This document shows, one piece after another, positions 24,796-39,425 of a stretch of DNA of 64,000 bases. Positions within the stretch are counted from its first letter, which is position 1. Every line of letters starts with the position of its first letter. The position numbers and the translations under genes are program-made. This DNA comes from Anolis carolinensis (taxonomy: Eukaryota), in the NCBI RefSeq assembly GCF_035594765.1, contig NC_085842.1:141435036-141499035 (forward strand). The letters are read 5' to 3'. The notes under the pieces were generated by a model that was not told the DNA's origin, searched no databases, and worked only from the letters and a program-made list of their open reading frames with translations.

Positions 24796-25486
24796 CAGTA
24801 GAGTCTCACTTATCCAACATTTGCTTATCCAACGTTCTGGATTATCCAACACAGTGCCTCCCGCTCGGATCCACAGCTGTTTCTCTAGGCAGCAAGGACT
24901 GAACTTTTTATGGATTTAATTAGAATCATAGAATCATAGAGTTGGAAGAGACCTCATAGGCCATCCAGTCCAACCCCCTGCCAAGAAGCAGGAATCAACC
25001 TCCCTTGCTTAGTTTTCCAATATACCTCACAACCTCTGAGGATGCCTGCCATAGATGTGGGCGAAACGTCTGGACAGAATGCTTCTGCATAATTTATTCT
25101 TCTTCTGCTTTTTATTTTAAGGAACAACATTAGGTAAAATAGTGTTAGAGACAATATTGTTACTGTAAGTTCATTTTAGGCCATTCTATCTTTATTTATA
25201 GTCAATTTGTTAGTAGCCAATGTTTTTGTAGTCAATGTTTTCAATACATTGCGATGTTTTGGTGCTCAATTCATTAATACAGTAATTACTACATAATGTT
25301 ACTGTGTATTGAACTGCCTTTTCTGTTGATTTGTTATAAAGCATGATGTTTTGGTGCCTAATTTGTAAAATCATAACCTAATTTGACGTTTAATAGGCTT
25401 TTCCTTAATCCCTCCTTATTATCCAACATTTTCACTTATCCAACATTCTGCCGGCCCGTTTATGTTGGATAAGTGGGACTCTACTG
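24796..25486. mobile_element. Tc1/mariner (pogo/Tigger-like) non-autonomous element with nested CR1 and Penelope fragments
   Basis: TIR CAGTAGAGTCTCACTTATCCAACAT / ATGTTGGATAAGTGGGACTCTACTG, with TA on the left; internal (tagaatca)n CR1-tail piece at ~24921-24995 and Penelope piece at ~24997-25090. Confidence 0.85.
25031..25075 (+). ncRNA. Minimal hammerhead ribozyme motif of Penelope-like origin, probably degenerate
   Basis: CTGAGGA (25036-25042), stem II gcctgc/gtgggc, GAAAC (25063-25067), then GTC; stem I has a mismatch. Confidence 0.6.
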
Positions 25487-25984
25487 AATTATATATTTTA
25501 ATAATCTGAACAGTGACTGCAAGTATTTGCCTGCAGAAATTCTTTCTATTAATTCTGCAAGATCATACTTATGGCTGTGGTTACATTAAAAATACGGTTA
25601 ATCCAGTGAGTCTTTGAAACATGTCCTTCTCACTCATCTTTTCTCTTCATGTGTGATGTGGAAGAAAACTTCAACAGTGAAACAAGCAAATGCTGCCCAG
25701 CTCTTTAGATGAGAGTCTATGCATGTTTAAGGGAGCCCTTTTAGTCCAGAAATCCACACAGGTCTCACCTATAATTCTAGGAATTATTTATGAATACATG
25801 TCCTTAATAGTGTTATGCACTCCTCCAAAATATGGTATGCTAGTACTATTGATAATGGATAGTAGGTGGAATAGTAAGGAAAAATTCATGAGGTGAATCT
25901 CTCTGTGTACTTGCATACACACAAACACAATTCTATGTTTATTCGGATAAAACAATACATACCTGGAACAATGGAAAATTTAGG

Positions 25985-26125
25985 GTGTTGGTGGTTTCTG
26001 GGCTGTATGGCCGTAATCTAGCAACATTTTCTCCTGAACGTTTCTCCTGCATCTGTAGCTGGCCATGCAACCCAGAAACCACTTAACTTCTCAGTGATTC
26101 CAGCCATGAAAGCCTTCAAAAATAA
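25985..26125. mobile_element. Short inverted Penelope-like remnant
   Basis: ggtttctgggctgtatggcc...ggccatgcaacccagaaacc inverted arms, plus a gtgattccagccatgaaagccttc terminus. Confidence 0.55.
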
Positions 26126-26654
26126 ATGGAAGATGTATTTGAGTAGGGAATTTTAAAAGAAAATTATGATAACCTACAAACAAAAGTATAATGATGCCTT
26201 ATGCTTGCACATGTCTTTTTAAAGGTAATCTTGTAGTTCAGATGGTTGGCTGAGAGCAGTCAGTGCATCGGCACCGGTGCTCTGTCTTCCTGGGGGTCAC
26301 TATTGCTATTTCACTACCCAAAAGCGGCTCTCTTGCAGAACTTTGCTCATGTTGTCAGCTCTGGTGAGGATACAATAGAGCACGCAGCCATATGATTACC
26401 AAAAGTGACATTACCAGTAAGGCTCAACTGAGAAGCTACTTCTGGCCAGTGAAACAGCAGTTGATCTTTTTTGAAGTGTGGGCACTGGATCATCCTGAAT
26501 CCAGCCTGATCCAGCTATCCACATGTCAAAAACACTGGGGGTTCCTCTGGAATTTCCTAAAAGCTCTGGAGTAACCTACAACTCTTCTTATGCTGGATTA
26601 ATGACTGGAAGTGGTGCTTTTGCTGAGAATCAAGCAGTATGTCATGCGGACTGT

Positions 26655-26980
26655 TTGCATCAGAGTTAAGATGAGATCTTGCCATGGTAGTCCATGCCTT
26701 GGTCAAATCCCGCCTGAATTACTGCAATGTAATAAAGATTTGGCTTTTAATCTTTCACACTCTAAAATTTAAAATCTGTTAAATGTGAAATTGTCATAAT
26801 GTGAATTTTTGGTCTGTGTTTAATTGTCTGAATGTCCTTGCTTCTTGTGTAGATGTAAATTGGGTTTACCTTTTGACTTATTTTGTATTGTTATATGGCA
26901 TTAAATGTTTGCTTTTCTATTTGTTGTAAGCTGCCCTGAGTCCCCTCCGGGGAGATAGGGCAGGATAGAAATACAGTTTT
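26655..26980 (+). mobile_element. L2 3' fragment, internally deleted
   Basis: gccatggtagtccatgccttgg...tactgcaatg and gccctgagtcccctccggggagatagggc are shared with the L2 at 7953-10372. Confidence 0.7.
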
Positions 26981-27379
26981 CACTAATTACATTCATTCAA
27001 CATTTTACTTGGCCCATGTAGACTTGGGATAGACCTGGGATAAATTTTAATTTAAGTTTCAGCTAATGCAGGGCTTCACTAGGCAGCCAAAAGCAGTCCA
27101 CCAATTGCAATGTAGGGATGACACAATGGAACATCTTTCAGGAATATAGTAAAAATGTTTAAATAATTTATAGGATAAATGCAAAGCAGCTAAACTTAAG
27201 CATTTTAGCATCTCATTATGTTTGGTGTAACAAGGTTGAAAACGTGTTTAATTTTCACCTATTGGAGTAGAAATTCAAAGTGATAACATTTTGCCAACAT
27301 GTTGGTTTGAGAAGTAAGCATAAGATAAAGTCTTCCCTAAACCTTTTACCTAATTAGAAATAAAATTCAAATTAAAAGC

Positions 27380-27900
27380 AAAGAAGTCACAAGATCTAGA
27401 TGGTATCCACTGGAAAGTTCTGAAAGAACTCTAAGTGTAAAAAGTACCTTCTATCAGAAATATGTAATAAGTCCCTGAGATCAGACTCTCTATCAGAGGA
27501 TTGGAGAATAGCCAATGCAACATTAATTTTAAAAACTGTACAGGGACAGTATTACAGGAGATTATATGTTTAACATCTGTTTTGAGTAATACATGCTGGA
27601 ATGCATTTTTAAAGATAAAGTTATCAAATGCCTAGAAGCAAGCTCTGATGAAACAGAAATCAATATGGCTTGCACAGGGGAAGTTCTGTCTTACTAACCG
27701 TTTTGAATTCTTTGAGAATGTCAGTTCATGCATAGATAGGGATGAACTAATGGACATTGTTTATTTCCACAAAGCCTTTGACAAAATCTTTTTAAAATAA
27801 ATGAACAGATGCAACAATTATGGGGAAACAGGAAAAATCTTCTTATGGATTGCTGAATGGATTGGACATTTAGGATGGTTAGAGCAATATATGATAAGTC
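27380..27900 (+). mobile_element. Old CR1 ORF2 fragment
   Basis: ctagatggtatccac (DGIH), caatatggcttgcacagggaagttctgtcttactaacc (Q.GF...SCLTN-like) and aaagcctttgacaaa (KAFDK). Confidence 0.6.
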
Positions 27901-27927
27901 TAATACTCTACCATCATCAATAACAGT

Positions 27928-28168
27928 GGGAGCCACGGTGGCACCATCTGAACTGATAACCTGAAGGCCGATGGTTCAAATCCGTGAGATGGGGTGAGCT
28001 CCCGTCTGTCAGCTCCAGCTTCTCATGCGGGGACATGAAAGAAGCCTCACACAGGATGGTAACATATCCGGGTGTCCCCTGGATAATGTCTTTGTAGACA
28101 TCCAATTCTCTCACACCAGAAGTGACTTGCAGTATGTTCTCAATTCACTTCTGACACCATAAAAAAAA
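27928..28168 (+). mobile_element. tRNA-derived SINE (second lizard SINE family) with a poly-A end
   Basis: The head gggagccacggtggc...ggttcaaatcc...ggggtgagctccc resembles the Sauria head; the body differs; A8 tail; ataaca on both flanks. Confidence 0.7.
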
Positions 28169-30338
28169 CCATAACAATGTTTTCACTTGCTGGCAAAAAA
28201 GGAGTAGGAAGGTGCCAACTGGACCTCTTGTTAAAGAAACTTCCACAGCCTGGAGGCAGCCATGAAGAAGGCTCTCTTTCCCCTGAGTCTTCAACTATAT
28301 CTGTAAAGGACTGAGAGAAAATTATCTCATACAGATCTTAAAGTGTGTGTCCATTTATATGAAGAGCTACTATATTTCAGATAGTCTGAACCTAAGATGA
28401 GTAGGGCTTTAAACGTCAAAACAAGAACTTTGATTTGTGGCTAGAAATGTGTCAGTAGCCAGTGCAGCTGTTTTGCTGGGTTGTGGTCGTGGTGTGACCT
28501 AATCCCTGTTCCCTGCCCTGATCAACAGCATGACCCCATCGTGTGGTGAAGTCCTTGACACATGTTAGCATGGATGGTCATATGTAATCCCAAGGCCACT
28601 TTTGCAGCCCCACAGAGTTCTTTGTCCTCTCAAAGTTGGAGTGTTGAATCCATCACCATAGTGAATTTGAGGCTTGAATATGGCTATGGGCCATTTTGCA
28701 ACATTTTCAGGTATTTTTAAGGCACTTTCCAGGCTTGAGTGAATTGTACCTCACAAACTAACAGATTTATCTGGGGTGTTATAAATAAAATACATCTGTG
28801 GCTACACTTCATCTATCTAACAAAGGAGGCTCTAGTCCAGGTTATGCCACAATTAATATGAAATTCTTTGATGTGCCCCCAAATTCCCCTTTTCTTTTGG
28901 TTATAATCAATGAAAACAACTACTATGCTGGAATCAGAATATATTATGCAAATTAAGCTACTTTAAGCCAAACATATGTTCTCCATGGGCCTAAAAGAAA
29001 TGCCCGTTATCACACCATGCATCAAGGTCAAGGTTTCATATCACTTTCCCCCATGCTCGAGGGAAGGTATTTGCAAGCCGTAACTTGAAGTCATGACACA
29101 GCATGCAGAATGGGCCTTTTGTAACCCAGTCAGCTCAGCCCTTGGCATTTCCTTTTTCCCTAGGGGTGAATTTGTTGTTGAGCCCGTCTCCGAGTTGTAA
29201 TCTGATCCCACTGAGCTTTACCGATTATGTGCACCCTTGCAGAGTAACATGGCAGTGATGCAAAACATCTTCATTGGTGGGACAGCAACAACCAATCATG
29301 GGAAGGGATCAGAATCCTAACATATAAATAAAGCTTATATTTCAGGTCAGGATAGTAGAAGTTTGCCCTGGACAAAATCCAAACCCTTTCATTCAGCTAT
29401 TTTAACTGCCTTCCGTCATCGCCATTATTCATTCATTTACAGTGCAGGTTCAACTCCATATAAACAGAGAGAAACCAAAAATAATAACCAGCTTTCATAT
29501 TCATTTCAGTGGGAAAAGATATTAATCACAAACTTGACACCGTATTTGTTTTAAATTAAAACTGCTGCTTTCAAGCATATGCTTCTGCTCAGTTCCTATT
29601 GCATGTTTATTCTTCCTTACTTGAAAAAGTAGGCAGGCTAGCGATAAAGACACCCCACGAGCTACTTAGCTGGCGGCGTATTGGCACCATCACAGTTTAA
29701 TCTGTGCTTTGATCAAGATTTTAGACCAAGGAATGCAAGTCAGAACCAGGTGGACAAAGGACACGGGCATTAAAGGAAATCCTAAGTGGCACTTTCCTCT
29801 CTGACATGGGACAATTTTAGCATTTTAAATCTAAAATGTCACAATGAAAGATTAGCTTTTCCACATTACTTAGCAAGTGGTATACAATACTCATTCTTTA
29901 TTGAAGGAAAACCAATGTTTTTTTATTGTATGCATTTTCAGAAAAAACTGTGTGTTCATGTAGATTTCCAGACTGCTGCAATAAGAAAAGACTGGTAGGA
30001 AGAGAAAGCAAGCAGGTAAGGGACACATTTGTGTATACAATAATGTTTGCTTGTTTTGATGTCAATGGGTAATGAATCTAATTTGACTTTTCAAATTGTA
30101 AAGGATGTTGAACATATTTTGAGGATAGAGAAGCCATCAGCCATCACCACACAAGAACTAGGAGCAGGTAGAGTAGGTGGAGTAACAAGTAAGTGATACA
30201 CAAGAACTGAAGGCCAATAGCTTCAAGATGGACTAAAGGGGAATGTTATGCAGAAACGCAGAGGGAACAGCAATATTATATGCAAAGCAGGGAAGAACAG
30301 CACAAGGAAAGGCAGCTGTTAAATAGCCAAACTAAGGT

Positions 30339-30665
30339 GGAGCCCCCGGTGGAGCAGCGAGTTAAACCACTGAGTTGCTGAACTTGCTGACTGAAAGGTT
30401 GGCAGTTTGAATCTGGGGAGCAGGGTGAGCTCTCACTGTTAGCCCCAACTTCTCTCAACTTAGCAGTTCAAAAACATGCAAATGTGAGTAGATCAATAGG
30501 TAAAGCTCTGGTGGGAAGGCAACAGTGCTCCATGCAGTCATGCCGGCCACATGACCTTGGAGGTGTCTACAGAGAACGCCGGCTCTTCAGCTTAGAAATG
30601 GAAATGAGCATCAACCTCCAGAATCGGACATGACATGACTTAATGTCAGGGGAAAACCTTTACCT
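30339..30665 (+). mobile_element. Sauria SINE, full length
   Basis: Collinear with 7492-7825; ACCTTTACCT tail; TSD taaggt (30333-30338, 30666-30671). Confidence 0.92.
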
Positions 30666-32082
30666 TAAGGTGGATCATGGATGTAAGTCAGCTTGATTGT
30701 AAAATGGTAAGAGTCAGGCAGAAGCTGAACCTGTAATAACAAACACAGGAAGTGCAGGCACATCTTAGAGATTTCTCAGATTGAAATGAAGTTTCATCCT
30801 GGACATCAGCAAGGGATCCTTGTAACCAGGTTATAATTACATTGGTCAGTGAGTGCTTCACTGTATGGAATATTATAGTTCATGAACTCCAAAATAAATT
30901 TATAGATAATTCTCCAATCAAAAACATGAAACCAAATTTAGTAACAGAAATTACTTATGTGAGAGTTGGAATTCTACTGCTGGTTTACAGATATTTGTAT
31001 TGAAATTCAAAATTCCTTTAAACAACTAGATTCCTTTTTTGAGAAGAGCAGAGCTTCTGCATGCATTCACAGATTCTGTCATAAAAACACTACACCAGCT
31101 TCCTTTCCCACTTCTATGTATGTGTTGTGTTTTCAAAAATCCAGTGCTTGCTGACTGCTTCTACTGAGCACAGTAAAATTAGTATCTTATTGCCATGGAC
31201 CATCAGGATGGCTGGTGATATATTTTACCTCAATGGCATTCTCATGTTGTGCTAGGAAAGAATCCTGCTTAAAACCCTAGGGAAAGACTGTCAGTCAAGG
31301 CAGCAGTATTGGACCCAATGGGTCAATGATCTGATACTGCATAAGTCAGGCCCTTTCCTGTCCTCCTCGATGAATGAACCAAACAAATAGTCTGACAATG
31401 ATATTCCTGCCTCCCCCTACCATTTATTCAGATATTCTCAACCTGGCTTCCAGGATTTATTTGTTTATTTGTTCCAAATATCCAAATAATATTTGGTTTC
31501 TCTGACAATTTCTGGGGTCTGATGCAATATTTAATTCTTACTTGGGTGGGGTTTCTTTAATTCTGATATTTTTATCTCTCTCTTTCTCTCACACCATTTA
31601 TGTGCCTTCAAGTTGTTTTGACTTATGGCAACACTAAGGTGATCCTCTCACTGGGTTTTCTTGATTAGATTTCTTGAGAGATTTGCTGTTTCCTTCACTT
31701 AAGGTTGAAAAACAATGCAAATTGCCTAAGGCCACCCAATAGGTCCCTAGGCTGATTGTGGATTTGAAACCTGGACTTCTACTGTCCTAGTCCAACATTC
31801 AATCACATGACTATGCTGATGGTCAGATATCAGAACAAATATGTAGTTACATAGCTAAGTAGTGTCTGATACCATCCTAGTCCTCACTTGCCAGGCAGCA
31901 AGTGACAAGCGCCTGTCTCCTATTGACAGACATTTGCACCATTTCCCATTCATAACATTATGTAAAAAAATTAGAAATAACAAAATTTTGAAAGTGACAT
32001 TTCCTGTTTAATTGTGCAGTACTTACTTTGAAAGTAGTTGTTAAACTCCAGAAATGTCATTTTTGTGGCTGCCACACACTGT

Positions 32083-32360
32083 AGACCTCATCACATTGAT
32101 GAGGTCCCCCAGACTGATTTGCCAGTTTCCATGGTGAATCGGTGGGGTAATCCCAATGCTTTGCGCCCCACCTCATCAGCAGTGACATTTCCCCATCACG
32201 TGTGGCTACCCCTTGCACTGGCACCATCATTGCTTATGCAACACAGGAAGTCTCCTGTGTACTGGGCCAAGCATCCTAGGATGCTTGCACTCCAGTTCAC
32301 TGATGGAGCCCTGCCTGAAGTCAGCCTGCGTCGTGTGATGGGCGATGTGGAGCTCTCTCG
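32083..32360. repeat. Unclassified dispersed repeat, copy 2
   Basis: Similar to 12191-12495. Confidence 0.6.
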
Positions 32361-34264
32361 ATCAGCTGTGCTGTAAGAGTTCTAGAAAGCCCACAGCCCA
32401 TGGTTTGGTGAGATCCTATGTTGAATTGGTTGAGACTCTATGAGATATTCATTGAAAAACTATAGCAAAATGTGAGTAGGATGTCCTACTTTCCCCATGT
32501 TTTTGTGATAGAACTAATTAGGGAATGACATTTATAGCCTAGGAACAATAATTGTGTTACATACGACATTTCTTGTGTAAGTCAGAAGTAGGACACCTGT
32601 CACAAATATCCCTTACATCTGAGATCTCTCATATGAAGAGGGTAGAAACATCAATCAGCTGCCTCTCAAATGACAAGTTAGGAGACCCCTGTTGCTCAAA
32701 GTGGCTGCTACCCATTAAGTAGGGATTGGGGGATTTTCACAGTCCTTGTGTATTTCTTAAACTAGTGAATACTTAGAGATCATGAATATTAACTAGTCAT
32801 GGATTCAGAACCGTCCTAGTGGTTTCCAGATTTCTTTTCTTAGAATGATAGTGATAAAGTACATTTATGAAATTGCACTTTTGCATAGCAACATTATACT
32901 GTTGAAAAAAAGAAAGGAGATAATTTCCCCTATTTCCCTAGAGAAGACCTAATAAATTAATGCAAACCACAACCTCCCAAATGGAACAAGTGGACAGGGA
33001 GGTGTCAAAAGCTGGAAAGCCCTAAGAAACCTCAAAGGTTTGAAAGAAGTTTAATAAAGAGATCTGTATTGCTTGTAGCGCGAGACAGAAGAGAAGCTTA
33101 AGAATTAGTGCCCTCCTTTTTTAGTCACATGAAAGGTTCATAAAGGATGGCTGTAACTGCACTTTGGCCCAAACTGGAGAGAGAGGAAATGTTGCAGTCT
33201 AGCAAAAGGTTAAAATAATGGTTACAATAAAAGTCTGCATTTTACAGAGCAGTAAGCGGGAGGATGGATGAGCTAGCCAAAATCCTGAAATTTTTGAGTA
33301 GGATTATTCTCAGTGAAATTAAAATGACATTAAACATGATGCTGAATAATAAGAGGGAACATAGTTAATCATCTTTGCAAAATCCTTGCAGCTATGTTTG
33401 TTAATAAGGAACCATGCAAGGTCGCTGTTATGGTATTTTTTAAAACAGAGCCTGCAGGCTTTAGACCAGTTCTCCAGGAGATGTAAATAAGATGAATTCA
33501 ATTAAGTTATGATTTTTTACACCCAGTTAGAATGTGGATCCTTTTATTTCATTTTATTCCCTGCCTTTCCTAAATCCCTTTATCCCTCCAAAAGTCTTAC
33601 ATCAGGAAAGGAAAGGCGATTTTCGGAAATCTGATTCATTTCAATTAAAATCCTGAGCATTAATCACATGCTTGACACTCTAAACATTTGCAATTAATGC
33701 CTAGCCTAAAACCATATGTGCTACAGATTCTAGCTGAAAGATCTAACAGGAAAACATGCACACATACACACATTAACATAGGACTGGACACCAGGCAAAC
33801 CAGGAGTCATGTGCTGATTAGATGCCAGGGCAAAAATTAAAATAAAATGAAAGTTGGAGTATCATTTTTCAATAAGAGGAAACTTAAGTTGTTTGTTATA
33901 AAATTCAAGTACCTAAAGTATTATCTATGCATTTGTTCATTAATCATATTTATGGGCTACCACATTCTAAAGTCCTGAGGAAGGCAGCAGTGTTTTTAAT
34001 AATAGCAACCTGAACATTTTTTTAAAAAGTTTATAAATGAGTCCAGATTCAATTGAGAGTCTGCATGATGTAGTGTTTTGAGTGCTGGACTAGGGTTCTA
34101 AAGAACAGAGATTGAATTCCTACTCAGCCACAGAACATTACTGAGTGATCTTAGACAAGTTACACTCTCTCAATCTCAAAGGAAATCTTCTGAATGAACC
34201 TTACCAGAAAAATGTGATAGGATCATTTTAGGGTTGCTATTGGACAGAAATACCTTGAAGGCAA

Positions 34265-34265
34265 A

Positions 34266-34307
<42 letters not shown>

Positions 34308-34308
34308 C
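34265..34308. repeat. (AAC)n microsatellite, probably the tail of an old SINE at ~34060-34265
   Basis: About 14 AAC units. Confidence 0.9.
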
Positions 34309-37300
34309 GAGATTAAATTGCAAAACACAAGAAATGTAAAAAGTCTCAAAAGTTCAGGTATTAAACGTATGCTCTCCAGTTCTGTAACAGTTAAGCAGTC
34401 ATAGAATTATAGATTTTTAGTGAAGTGCCAAAAGAGCCACTCAACCTCCTCCTATGTTAGAATATACAACTACGGCACTCTAGAAAGATGTCCATCTGAC
34501 CTCTTTTTAAAGATCTTCAAAAGATGGAGAAACTACACCTGCCTTGCAAGGCAGTCGATCCAATTTACAGTAAAGATATTCTTCCTAATGTTGAGGTGGA
34601 ATCACTTTTCCTATGATGAATTCATTGGTAAGCCTTCTAGTCTTTGGAGCCAGAAAATGCATACTTGTTCAATCTTCACATGACAATCCTTCAGATAGTT
34701 AAAAATGGCTGTTGTGCTACTTCTCAGACTTCTCTAAGGTAAACATACTGAAGTCCTGAAGCTGTTCCTCAGAAGATTTGATTTCCAAACCTTTAGTTGG
34801 TTTCTTGAGCTACTCAAAGTGCCAGGCCAATCATCTGGATAAAATCCAAAGGGCCTGATCATTGCCGTGTGTGTGTGTGTGTATAGCAAATGATAGTGTG
34901 AATACAATCTCCATCTCTGGCAAAGCAACATCCTGATCCAAAAAGTAACAGTACAGAGAGGAGCATTTGTGCATAACAACTACACTTTAGCACCTGAGTA
35001 TTGTAGTTTGCCTTCATTTGTGTATCAATTCAGCCATCCCACCTCCGCCCCACTTTTATCCCATGGCTCCTTGGGTCATTGTAAATAATACTTGCTTTTT
35101 ACCCTGGTTAGTACCATCTCTGCTCCTGTACTTTCCACTTCATGCCAGTCTGACATCAGCAATGAAAAAGATTAAAGGTTGTAAGAAGTCTCCCTGACCT
35201 TCTCAAGTGACCCTTTTGATCAAGATGGAGACCTCAAAGCATGGAAAGAGGAATGACAGAGATTTTCTGACTATCCACCCCATTAAAAATAACCTATAGT
35301 GAAGAGAGCTGGGGTGTACAGACAGCTGGTTTTTACAATGGTGCTGATGACAGCTGAAACAATAAGCCAGCCACTGAATAGTATTGCTAACAGTGAGGTA
35401 TTCTAGAGTTCAGAAGGAATGCCTTTGGGGAAAGCAACTGTCATTATCCTTCAGCCTACATGGCCAAGTTGGCTGTGGCCATAATGGCTGGGAAATTCTA
35501 GGGAGTTAAAGCCACCCAAGTAACTATTTTGATAGTCTGAAGAGCAATAGAATGGGAAAGGGATTTGCTAATTCTTGGTTCCTCTGTCAACAGCATAGCA
35601 GTAAAGAGAATAGCAACTTTCTTCATCCTTGCTCTTGTGTGCTGTTAAGAATGGCTGCCTAGGAATCAGCTTTCTAAGGCAAAGAGCTCTGTAAAAATGA
35701 AAAGTTGACAACTTCATACATAAAGCATGTAGAACTGTACTGATCACTGCAGGAATCCTTTACTCTTTATGGTATAAATCTACACAAGTCAGCATGCATA
35801 TAACATGACTGCTGTTCCAGATCCAACTAGAATCAGTTGTCATTAGCTCTTGCTAATTAAGTCTTTATTATGTAACTAATAACTGGCCTCATTTATTTCA
35901 ACTGTGTCCCAAGCCAGTTGATTCAGTCATGGACCAACCAAGTGAACTTATTGAATTCTGAGAGTGTCCACTATATATTTATCCTCTATATTGCATCAAG
36001 TTTACAGAATGTTTTGTTGCTAGGAGTGAGATGGGTTGCGACAGCCAAAGCTTCAGATGAAGCAAACAACTCTGAAGTGCATGCAGGAAATCATAACATG
36101 ATTTTATACAGTTGAAATAAATCTAAAATGAAATAACAGTGTAATCCAGATAATCAAATGGATAATCAGTGGATAACACTGTGCAGTCTAAAAACCTTCC
36201 TAAAAATAAAGTTTCAATGGAGGATTAAGTTTTTTTTAATCCTAGGAAATCAGTGTGAAAAAGGAACAGGTATCAAAGGAAAAAGTGTTTCATTCCCACC
36301 TTCCATATTTCCTGTACAAAATGTCGATCTAGGGCCAGGAGAGCTTGCTGGTTCCCTTCCTGTTAAATACCGAGTGAGTGAATAAGTGAGTGAAAGGCTA
36401 TACATTGACAGCAGAAGGGTGTTGGATATACACAGTACTCTGTGCAGATGGCTGGAGGTTGAGTTGGGGTGATGGCTTGTTTGGAGGCACAGAGTGATGT
36501 CTGACAAATGACAAACCCAATCAGGTGTATGAATTGCACAGGTGGTTGGGAGACTGAGGTGACAGCTATATGTTGTGGAGAGTAATTGCTTTCCAGGGAA
36601 ATTCAAAGGGGAAGAAAATTTCAGTGAAATGCTTCTGGGTGGCCCTTGCATTTACCTTATTTAGAAGGTGGATTAACTCTGTATGTGTGTGTGTGTGTGT
36701 GTGTGTGTAGGGTGTATCTCCACTGTAGAATTAATGCACATTGACACCATTTTAATTGCCATGGACTTTTGGCAGTTGTAACTTTACAAAGCATTTGCCT
36801 TCTCTGCCAAAGAATGCTGATGTCTCACCAAATTAGGAATCCCATGATTCCATAGTAGGCAGTAGGTACCTGGTGCAATGAATATATATAGACCCTCATC
36901 TTCTTTCTTTGCACAGATCAACCACTGGGAAGGAACAAATTTTGGATTGAGCTGAGACTAAGGTTGAGACACTTTTAATGCAGTGTAAATGTATACACCG
37001 GAATAACGTGTCCTGATCCCACTGTTCTGCAGCTAATTACAGAGTTTACAGTATTTGTAAGGGTAGAATATGCATAAGTGAAGCACTCTGTGTAGGGCTT
37101 GGGTGAATAAATCCAATAGGATGTGCTCTAACTAGAGTATACATACTGAATCAAGACCTTAGTAAATCAACCTTATGTAGATTCCTTAACATCAGCCAGG
37201 CACTGTTTCCCCTGTAACATCTCATGTTGGTAGTATTGTGTACATTCTTCATAATGTTTAAACGGAGTACTTTTGGTGTCTAATTTCCACTAATCTCATA

Positions 37301-38329
37301 ACTGCATGCTAGGCACACAATCATACACACACACACACATATAGCTGACCCAGCAGAAAAAGTGCTATTTCTGTAACTATAATTAACATCATTATGTGGT
37401 GATTGTGGTGAGTGTGTATGTGTGTGTGGGAACAGGGTGAATGCATCTGTTGTGCATTTCATATTGTGAGACAATGTTGGTATGTTTCTAGAAATTGCTT
37501 TAGGATCACTGCTTACTGCATTCTTGATAGGAGCCATGTTCCTAGAAGACAAAGAGAACATATATGAAAATCTATTTTAAGATTAACGCCTTATTTGGAT
37601 TTCTTGTCATCCTTTTGATAGAGCAGAGAAACTGCTTCCATTACTTGTTTTCTATTCTAACTGAATAACAAGTCAACAGAGTCTTTCAGATGAAATAAAT
37701 TATCCAAATCCTTTCTTTTTGACTCCCATCCAAGAAAGGATACTGTAAGAGTAGCCCCCTTAATTTAGCACAACATCCACAACTTTTATCTGGAGTTAAG
37801 TCTTTAGCTCTCCTAAATCCCTGCCTATAAAAACTGATGATCTGCAAAGAGACAATTCCAAGAAGCAGAGAAAATTCAGCAGCCCTAACTTGGCTGTTTG
37901 TTTATGATTTATGCCAAGTCTTCACCTGGTATTAGTTTTGTAAAGCTTTTCAAAAGGAAAAGGTCTATGCGCACCATAAAAAGATACCCTGTTGAAATGT
38001 TGGCAAATCCCTGCTTTGGGGAACTGTGGAATCTAAGTGCCTTCCAATCTTATCCCCATTTTAAAGGTGGTAAGCAGTAAAATTGTGTGCCCAGAATTCC
38101 AATGGAGAATCCATGAAATGTAGCTCCACCTAAAGAACCAAGGAATCATCTGCAGGGAGTTTGGAGAGAAGAGGCAGCCTTTGTTTGCTCTGCTGCCTCT
38201 GACTCAGCTCCTTGTGACTGACTCTTTGCAGAACTAACACCCTGACTGAAGGAAACAAGATCCAGCAGAGACACCTGCTTGCCCCCAGCCCCTGGGATAA
38301 AAGGACAATACTTGCGGAGGCAGGGTCAC

Positions 38330-39425
38330 CACTGGTGGAGTCGCCACCAAAGGGGAGAGGCATTTTACAAATAAAGATCTGTTCCGACTTGGATGCTGTT
38401 ATTGATTCAGTCCCAATGGATGGAACTTTGGCTCCTGATTTTCCAGTGTTGATGGATACTTTTCAATTTGTGCAGCCTGAGTATGTGGACAGAATCCTTG
38501 GAGAGGTGATAGCTACCACGTGTATTCTAGATCCTTGCCCTTTCTGGCTGATCAAACAGGCCAGAGCGAGACTGGCAGCGTGGGTGAAGGTTGTGGTCAA
38601 TGCCTCCTTAGAACAAGGCAAAGTTTCAGCTTGCCTAAAGAAGGCAGTTGTGAGACATATATTTAAAAAGCCATCCCTTAATCCCTTGATAATGGACAAC
38701 TATCAGTCAGTGTCCAACCTCCCCTTTTTGGGCAAGGTTTTGGAACTTGTGGTGGCCTCCCAACTCTATGGATTTCTGGATGAAATGGATTATCTAGATT
38801 CATTTCAATCTTGTTTCAGGCCTGGCTATGGAACAGAGACAGCTTTGGTTGCCTTGATAGATGACCGACAAAGAGAGCTAAACAAAAGTAGTGTGTTTCT
38901 GTTGCTTCTCCTGGATTTCTCAGTGGCTTTCAATACCATTGACCATGGTATCCTTCTGGGTCATCTTGCTGGGGTGGGACTAAGAGACACTGTCTTACAG
39001 TGCTCTGGTCCTTCCTGGAGGGCTGTACCCAGAAGGTGGTGATGGGGGACTCCTGTTCGAACCCCTGGCCATTGACCTGTGGGATTCCTCAGTGTTCCAT
39101 TTTGTCCCCCATGCTGTTGAACATATACATGAAACCACTGGGAGAGGTCATCACGAGCTTTGGAGTACGGTGCCACCTATATGCAGATAACACCCAACTC
39201 TACTACTCCTTTCTATCTAATATCAAGGAAGCTGTCCTGACCCTAAATCTGTGTCTGTCATCAGTAATGGACTGCATGAGGGCAAACAAATTAAAACTCG
39301 ATCCATACAAGACAGAGGTACTCCTGGTCAGTCAGAAGGTAGATCAGGGAATAGGGATTCAGCCTGAGCTGGATGGTGTTATACTCCCCCTAAAAACATA
39401 GGCCTGCGGTTTGTTGGTCCTCTAC
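38330..39425 (+). mobile_element. L2 LINE RT fragment, truncated at both ends
   Basis: Motifs TTCILDPCP, NLPFLGKVLE, FRPGYGTETALV, TIDHGIL and YADNTQLY; frameshift near 39000. Confidence 0.9.
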
